In this document: positions 50,701 to 59,700 of the stretch, piece by piece
How the letters are laid out: the number at the start of each line of letters is the position of its first letter
Position numbering within the stretch: the stretch's first letter is position 1
Assembly: GCA_020137815.1 (NCBI GenBank)
Contig: CM035358.1
Location: 1,054,001-1,118,000, forward strand
Origin: Hormiphora californensis
Lineage: Eukaryota > Animalia > Ctenophora
DNA: 64,000 bases
Reading direction: 5' to 3'
Program-made: the position numbers and the translations under genes
The notes under the pieces: model-generated
Seen by the model: only the letters and a program-made list of their open reading frames with translations
Databases searched by the model: none
What the model was told of the DNA's origin: nothing

Positions 50701-53700
50701 AGGAGCCAACTTGTTACCCAACAAGTCATGCTGGTCCAACATTGTTAGATCTCTTCTAACCAGCTGCTTTCGTAATTAGAGTTGTTCAAACTAGTGCATG
50801 ACTCAACTCGTAGTAACCTGACTATTCCCGGAGCAGGAACGGCAGAGTGTGTTGACCTTGGTGACGGTGGATTTGAGTGTAAATGCAGCAGTGGGTGGAC
50901 TGGGGCACACTGTGAAACTGCTCTGACGCCCTGCGACGTGGTAAGCTGTGAACTAGAATTGCCTTGGTCGACCCCCCCCCTTCCCAAAACAAAACTAGCC
51001 GGGGTAACGTAACTGATCTGAAGTTGTATGATTCTCAAATTCAATTTGAGTCAGACTTGTCAGTACCCAGCAAATTATTCCTATTATAATAATATTTTCC
51101 CTCCCCAACAGACAGATTGTGGAGAGAATAAGATATGTGTGGGAGAAGGGGATTGTGTCTGTGCCTATCCGGCTGTGGCTGATGATTCGGGAGAGTGTTC
51201 TACAGATGTCCAACCTACTGGGTACTGCCTCAAGTCGTCTTACAGCAGTCTAGTATTTGCCAATGGGTAAGTGGGAAACATATTCAATTGGTAACTTGAA
51301 ATTGCACTCTAATTTTCTTCTAGTTCTACCTATAGTAAATTTGTAGGTTGTTAATGTTTGTTGATGTTCTATGATTATCAGTACTTATATGGGCGTGATG
51401 TCTAGTTTAACTTATTCTTACAGGGCCATTAATGAATTTGATCTGCGGTTTATGTTCCATGCTGATTCCACCCACTATACAAACAAAAATAACTCTGCTG
51501 GATACACCTTAGTATCAGTAATGGTATACAATGTCATCCTGCCTATCATGCTGTACCCTGACTCCCTGTAAGTAACGACATGATGCATGACTAGCTATGG
51601 TAGCCCATAAAATACCCTTTCTTGATAGAGCTAGCTCCTATAATTGTACACGGTATCAAAGAGTAAACGTTGATTTGGTTCTATATTCGGCCCTATATCA
51701 TTATATATTATATATAATTGGTGTAAAGTAGGGACTGCCGATACGGGTGTGTTTGGAAAGGGACGTTCTTGGGGTGGTTTCGTGACACGTATGGGGCGTA
51801 CCCGTCAGCTAGAGCGTAAAGGCGAAAGTAAACACGTTGTCTTTTATTTTGTGAATGTAAAAGTAACGGTAAAGGATTGTTACAGTTCAGTTGACTAAGA
51901 GAACACACGCTTTTGAAAGTTGCTTCGCTCCGACAAAAGAAAACTCACTCTCAAAACATCAATCGCTCTTCTCTCTCAGATCTCAGAAAACGCGCGCGCG
52001 TGTCACCAAAGCGACACACACGCGCGCGCGAAGATGCTGTGCTTTTAATAGAACTCAGCGTCAAAACAAGCACCTTCGCGATAGGACACAGACACAAACA
52101 CACATTCTCGCACACACAAACACACAGGGCTGGCCCAGTTCTGCACCATTCCATCAAGGACAAAAAGCGCCGTTGCCACCGACTCCTTTGAGCCGGTGAC
52201 ACGGTGTCCTCGACAGAATAGCCCAGAACTGTACCATGAGCACGGGACGATGAAAATAAACGAATATCGAGAAAGAGTACACATGACTTACAAGATACAC
52301 TCTACAAGGAGTTACGTTAACGGTAAAAATAATTCATTAAAAATACTGTGTAGAATAATAAAATCGGACCATAGCATACCCGGGTAATAAATTAAGATCA
52401 TTAAAAGCTTCACATTTTGTGAATACAAACATGTTCATGGTCAGTAATACACTGTATAAAATATTACAATTTGTTTCTTTTTCTGTTTCTCTTTCTCAGA
52501 GAAATTCTCGCTTTAAACAATGATTTCACGATGAAGGTAAGGAAGAAAGGTCTCTGAAGTTCCAATTAAAAGGGGGCATTGCTGTTCACGTTGCACCATG
52601 TTGGCCGATACCGTCCACCCCAGGAACACGATGTCAAAGGATGGCGCACAGGTTGATGGAAAATTGATGATGAGATCTGGATCGGACACCGGTCTGTTTC
52701 ACTCTTCTCAAGCGAGTTTCTCAGGGGGTAATCAACCTTCAGCGACAGCCGGTTCCTGACAAAACCATTGATCTCAACCAATAGATCACGGCTTCTCTTC
52801 ACCTCCTTATCATGTCTCAAGGAAGCAAAATATCGCATTTTCACACTTCACATGAACTGTTCACCGGTATCGCAGATTGGTAGCTGCAATGTATCGTTAG
52901 GTAGCACATTTACCCTTGTCATCAGGTTTCAGTTTGTTTCTGGATCATCAAAACATATCAACAGATAGAGGTCAGTTGTATGGTTGCTGTTGTCGAGAAC
53001 TCTCAACTTGGTTGGGGATTATAAAAATAAATCCAAAAGGATTTTAACGGGTTGTCGAGTACACTCAACTTAGTTGTTAAAATAAAATCGAAATCCAAGA
53101 GGATTTGATGGGTTGTCGAGTACACTCAACTTGGTTGGGGTTATAAAAATAAATCCAAAAGGATTTTAACGGGTTGTCGAGTACACTCAACTTAGTTGTT
53201 AAAATAAAATCGAAATCCAAGAGGATTTGATGGGTTGTCGAGTACACTCAACTTGGTTGGGGTTATAAAAATAAATCCAAAAGGATTTTAACGGTTTGTC
53301 GAGTATTCTCAACTTATTAGTGTAAAACACTGTTTAAATGTAGAGGGAGATCAGAAGATCTTAACTTCCGGAACAGATGAGCCTCAATGTGGAGTCGAAG
53401 ATGTTCAGGCATAGCAGCAGTCAGTGTTGGGGAGTGGCGAAATCTCGTGCACTGAGTAGGAACACACTTCACATTCGACCACATGACAACTAACCCCTGA
53501 ATCGGTCAGGTGGTTTGACATGAGCTCGAAGCCTGATTCTCCGGTCATTTCCTCCTGTAACTGGCGGAGAGGTTTGGTCTGGAGAAGGTGTTTCCGCTGT
53601 ATCATGGTCATCTTCGGGTTGCTCTGGTGTTGGAGAAGATGTTTCCGCTGTATCATGGTCATCTTCGGGTTGCTCTGGTGATGGAGAAGATGTTTCCACT

Positions 53701-56700
53701 ATCTTTTGATCAGCTTCGGGTTTCTCTGGTGTTGGCACGATTTCAACTGAAGTTTCGTTACAATCCTGGTGATCTGCATTTGCATGCTGAACTAGAACTG
53801 GCATCATTGGTGGGTTTGATTCGGTTTCCTTCAGTTTCTCCGAATTTTTACACTCTACCGTTTTGCCGTTGCGTGCAAATAACTTCAACTTTCCCACACC
53901 AATAACCTTGTCTCCTACGCTCATCTTCACTCTGTAGAGGTAGGGGCTGAGCACTTGGCTCACTGGAAAAGGTCCACTGAATCTAGGCCCAAATTTATGT
54001 ACTGGGCACGGGATTTTTACCAAAACTTGATCTCCAATTGCAAGCTCCGGGTCATTTAGTCTCTTGTTGAATTGCTTTTTGGCCGCTATTAGGTCTTCAT
54101 CCACGTTCTGCCTGATTTTGTAACTCAAGTTACAGATTTCTCGGTAGCGGTTGTAGACGGACGCTGGAATGCCCATCTGTGGAGTCTTATCCTTTTTATC
54201 CATGGGTCGGCGAAGATGTAACGCATCAGGCATGTTTGGTTCTGTGCCAAATACAATCCTGTGTGCCGTGAAGCCTGTTCTTCTGGATCTGGTGTTGTTT
54301 AGCTTGAAACACACTTGGTCAAGATGCAAGTCCCAATCTTTAGGGTTGGATTCAAACAGGGTTGCTCTGAGGATTCGATCAATCTTTTTGTTGCTATTTT
54401 CAGCACGTCCAGTACTGCGGGCTGAATAAGCTTGGCCGTGTTGAACTTTCACGTTTAGCTTTTCGAAGAAATCCTTGAATTCTTTGCCGTTGAAGTTTTG
54501 ATGTTGATCACAGATTATTTCTCTCGGCCAACCAAATTTCCAGATCCAATGAGCGAGAATTTTCTCACGGCTCTCAACGGATGTTTGGGTCTTCGTAGGC
54601 ACTGCAACTAGAAAGTTTGAATAAACGTCTGTAATTGTTAGGACGTTCTTGTTGCCTCTTATCGTCGATCCACGGGCTTCTGGAACGATATGATCGATTA
54701 CAATAACGGCGTTGAACTCGTGACACACAAATGTGGCCATCTCGGCTTGGAAGGTCTGTTGACGCTGTTTGTTTGAGGCACAATTTACACACTGACCGAT
54801 GTATAGTCCGACTTGTTTGGGCTGGGCCGGCCAGTAAAAGTTTCTTCGTAGGTGATCAACTGTTGCACTGACTCCGGCGTGACCTGTGTGGAAGTCATGA
54901 GCCTGTCTGATAAGCTCTTCTCGCTCCTTCATAGGTACCACGATCAGCCAGTTGGAATCATTTGTCTTTATATCGAGCCATTTTCTTTGCAAAACACCAT
55001 CCTCTAACCGGAGCAGCTGGTATTGTTTCCACAAAGACTCTAGATCAGGTGGGGCCCTGTTGGCTTGTACCACTTGTCTATTCCCGTCACTCACCCATTT
55101 TCTCACTAATTTTAGAATGTCATCTTGCTCCTGGGCAGTTTCCCATTCAGTCCATGTCTTTCCTGCTACGGGGATATCTACCCCGTTTTGCTGGATCGAT
55201 GCGCATAAACAATGAATCTCCTGCTCATATGACCATTCTTTTCTTCTTCTTCGTTATTTTCAGTCATGACTTTTTCTGGACAGGTGCTTATTTCTTCACA
55301 GCTCACCAAATCGTTGAGTATTTTACAAAGGCCTAGAGTTTCTTCAGAGCCAATACTCTCATGTTGCGGGTGGCTGTCTTCATCTGATTGGGTGGGTGGC
55401 TTGTCTTCATTACTGAAGTATTCATATTCCGTGACGTACGATGCTGCAGGAAACTGAGTGCTCTTTATGAGAAAAACTTCGCACTCGCTCACACTGTTAA
55501 CTCGTATTGTCGACAGAGATATGTCTTCAGAGGAATCTTCAGTAGACATGTACGTTCCTGTATCCACGCTGCTACTCGAGCAGTCTTCATGGTTGGACTC
55601 TGTGTCTGCTTCGGACTCTGTGGAGTTGTGACGATCCTCAGGTATCTTTCGGATGACATCTTGTTGCATCTCTTCGTTGTTTCTATCACATAGATTTACA
55701 ACCTTGACAACTTTAGTCAAATCTTCATGGGTCTGAGGTGTCGTCTGTGTTTCGGCTTCGATCTTGGTTGGCGGCAGGCTGAACCTTGACAGCCAATCAC
55801 AAATCTTGTTTTCCGGGCCACTTAAATGCTGGAGTTTGAAGTTGAACTCGGCTAACTTCATAACTTTCTTGGTTACCGCGTTGTCTGGCTTCGTGAACAG
55901 GGTACCTTCGGCTTTTACCAAGGATAAACAGTCTGTTATGACGACAAACTGTTTCACGTTATAAAGATATATGGTCCAGTGCTGGATTGCTGCGAACAGA
56001 GCCTCGAACTCCAGCTTCGTCTGTCCCCGTGCTCTCTTGTACTCGGGGAGAGCTCGGCTGTAGTAAGCGACAATCCTTCGTTCTCTACCACCTTCAGGTG
56101 TATCCAATTCCTGGGATAGGGAGGCGCCTAAACCTTTCTCACTGGCATCTAGTGTGACCTCGTAGGAGCTGTAAGGATCTTCTGGATTTGGTATTGCAAG
56201 CTGTGTACTTTCCGCGACGAGCTGCTTCAGCTTGGCGTACGCTTCACTACACTCTTTGGTCCATTTGAACTTGCACTCCTTTCCCCCGCGTATAGAAGCG
56301 AATATTGGCTTACTGATAGAACTGTAGGCTGGAATCCACTTTCTCACATAGTTCAGGGCACCCATTGCTTGCATGACCTCTTTCTTTGATTCAGGCTCAC
56401 GGAGTGCTAGGAGGTCAGCTACACGGTCTTCAGTGATACTTATACCGCCACCGCTGACACGAACTCCAACGAAATCAACTGCATCTCTCATCAGCTGACT
56501 TTTGTCGGGTGAAATCTTGAGGTTCGCACCATACAATCTGGACAGAAGCCGTTCCAACCGATCAAGGTGCTGGTCAGCTGTGACAGAAGATAGGAGGAGG
56601 TCGTCCACAAATTGGACAACTTGTTCTATCGGGAGAGATCCGAGCAGACGATTCATCATATCACAGAAAGATGGTCCGGATGATCGATGTCCCATCACTG

Positions 56701-59700
56701 TCTTCGAGAATGCGTACTGGGTGTTCTTATACAAGAAGGCAGTGATCTGTTTCGAGGATTCATCATAGGGAAGCTGCCAGTATCCTCGGGTAAGGTCAAA
56801 AGAGGAGAATATCTTGTCCTGGCCGATTTTATCCAAGACATGATCCAAATGAGCCAATGGGAAGTTTGCTGGCATACACATCTTGTTCACGTTCCTTAGG
56901 TCGCACACAAGCCTGTAACGCTGAGGCTGCCCTTTAGGTGTTTTCTTTCGTACCAGGAATGTTGGTGAGTTCCAATCTGACCGTTGCGGAAGGATCTCCA
57001 CCACATTCGTTTTCACCATCTCATCGATTGTTTTCTGCATCTCCCCCTCAAGCTTGTATGGGCAAGGGAATGGAGGGGTCCACTGAGGTGTAGCCCCTTC
57101 CTTCAACTTGATCGTAGCTTTGTACATATTGCAGGAACCGAGATCATACTCATCGTATGCAAAACAATCCCTGTGCTCCCAAATGATGTCTTGTAGGTCT
57201 TGAGCCTGTTGTTTCGTGAGGTTTCTGGATGCAGTTTTTACTTTTAGACGCTCGAATAGCTCTTCCTTTGTCCATTTCTCGACTTCCGGTTCCTCAGACT
57301 CACGGAGAAATTGGATTCGGTCTTCCCATTCCACTCTAGAATAAGGGTCGTACCCTGGCACTGGGCGGAATTTAGCGGCTTTATCACCCCTTCGGAGGGT
57401 TATCGGCTCCTCGCTAAAGTTCAAAACTCTCATGGGAATGTCTCCTTCCATAGCTTCGGCAATTGCGTCACCAATGAGTAGGCCATTATTTTTCCGTGAC
57501 CAATCAGTTGAGACAAGACCGATCGTATCACCTAGACAATCATCCTTCAGGGATCCTACGACATACCCCATAGTGTGAGGTGGTATTGTGGTAGTTTCTC
57601 CCCACCTTATCTGGAGAATCTTCTTGGTGCTTCTTGGTCTTGGCAGGAAAGGTACTGGTTCACCATTTGGGACTCTTAGTTCAGCGTTCGTATAGTCTAA
57701 GGCGGCTCCTGTGCTACGACAGAACGGGTCACCTAATAGAATATCTGTATCCATTCCTTCGCACACCACGAAGTTGACCAGATTAATGGTGGCTCCTCCG
57801 ACTATCATATTCAAGGAGATGGCGCCTCTGCAAGGTATCCGATTTCCGCTGAAATCTCTCAACTTTCTCTGTGTCTCACAGATCTCAGACACTAGCCCGT
57901 ACTTACATACAGTTGTCCAGTCAATAAGGTTAACTTGGCTTCCTGTATCGATGAACATGCGCACCGGGTGTTTAGTTTGATCCTCACACCATGCTGGGCC
58001 ATGGATGAGTCCGTTTACAATAATTTCTTGAGATTTCCGTATTTCTTCTCCGGAGAGGGCTTTCACTTTCGCTGCCTTGCTCCTCTTGTTTCTCTTTTTC
58101 TTCCGTTCGGTATCGTCCTCATTGTTGCCCTCGACCTCAACCACTGCTGAACTATCGACTATTTCATTTTTCTCATCGCTCACGTCAGTGTGGGATTGAT
58201 TCTTCTCCTGCTTTCGGATGACCACTTTTTCCGTTTTCTTTGTTCTTGGGGAAGACTTAGGAGTGATTACGAGTTCCTTTGAGTCCACATCAGATGCTGT
58301 GGAAAGACCTTTATCATTCTCATCGGGTGCTACTTCGGTACCCGCTACAGCTTGTGTACTGTTTAAAGATGTTGCTGTATCTCCTTCTTCCTCTCTAGGA
58401 TACACCTTGTCTGATCGTGGTGAATCCCAGACGCATTTTACCGGCACAGATTCGGGTGTGGTCACCCTGTTTTCCTCGATTTCCTTCTTCTGTGCCGGGG
58501 TCACTGTCCGCTCAATTAATTGGCGCGGCCGGAGTTCTGGTGTGTGTCCGCGTTGTGAAAATCTCCGACCGCTCTCTCGTTTAACTGCCATCCTCGGTTC
58601 TGGCAATTTCTGCTGAGGTGTCCATTCTGATGACAAACATAGCATAGACCGTTGGCTCGATCATGTTCTCTCGTTCCAGGCACTGACGATGTGGCTTGTC
58701 TTCTGTTACCAGTTGTGAATGTCTGGGGTCGGAAGTTCATGGTCTGCTGATTCTGCATCGGGTTAACATCGGTTTGGATAGTGCTCGCTAGCACGGGACA
58801 GTTTCTGGCTTCATGTAGGTCTTGACCACATATTTGGCAAGTTATCTTGAACCTACAGTTTGCTTCCGTGTGGTTCGTCTTCTTACAGAACTTGCACGGA
58901 TTCCAACTCTTTCTCTGGTAAGGCTGGTTTTGGCTCATTCGTCCGTCACTCCGAATTGCATAAACAGTGGCTCCATAATCAGCACCGCCTCTCTTGAAGA
59001 TTTTGTTCTGCGTCGCTGCTCTCTCAGCTTCTGCAACCAGAGTTTCAAAAGCGACGTCCTGTTTCTTCCAGTCACAGACATCCTTAGCAACATCACGGTC
59101 ATGAAGACCATCTTGTAGAGCGTCTATCTTGTTTGCGTTCACACGATCATCGGACTCACCTGGGAACGCAAGCTCTGCTGCCCGATGGATTCTCTCTGCA
59201 AAGTCAGATACCGACTCGTGTTCATCCTGTTTAATGTCCTTCAGTTCTAAACGATTTGTCTCAGCAATGGCAGCGTCATTCAGGATAGCATCACGGATGA
59301 ATTGTAGCAACTTGTGTGGATTGGCCATTTCTTCTTGGCTGAATTTCAGACGGCGTATCCGATCATAGGTGGCATCGCACTTTAAGCAGTTAAGTAGGAT
59401 TCCACGCACATCCTGAGGGTTCTCGGTCGCCATTGACAGATAATCTTCAAATCTCTTCAGGTACGATTTCAGACTATTCCCTTCCTTGAACTTTGGTGGT
59501 TTTATTCCGGAGGGAGGGGTTCTGTATCTGTTTTGGTCGACTTGAGTTGGTTGGACGTTCCGTTGATCTGCTACTGGTCGACTTGCTGGAACTACCACGG
59601 GGTTTCTGGGCACGTTTGGGTTGTTAGATGACGTGCTTCGGCAACTCAGAGCTCTTGATCGGTCCAAAGTTCGTGACATTCTTTTCTCTGGTATCCTGGG

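Noticed and set aside
52566-52844. Possible env-like third ORF in the Gypsy element
   Set aside because: Short, no signal peptide or TM segment, and an in-frame stop upstream
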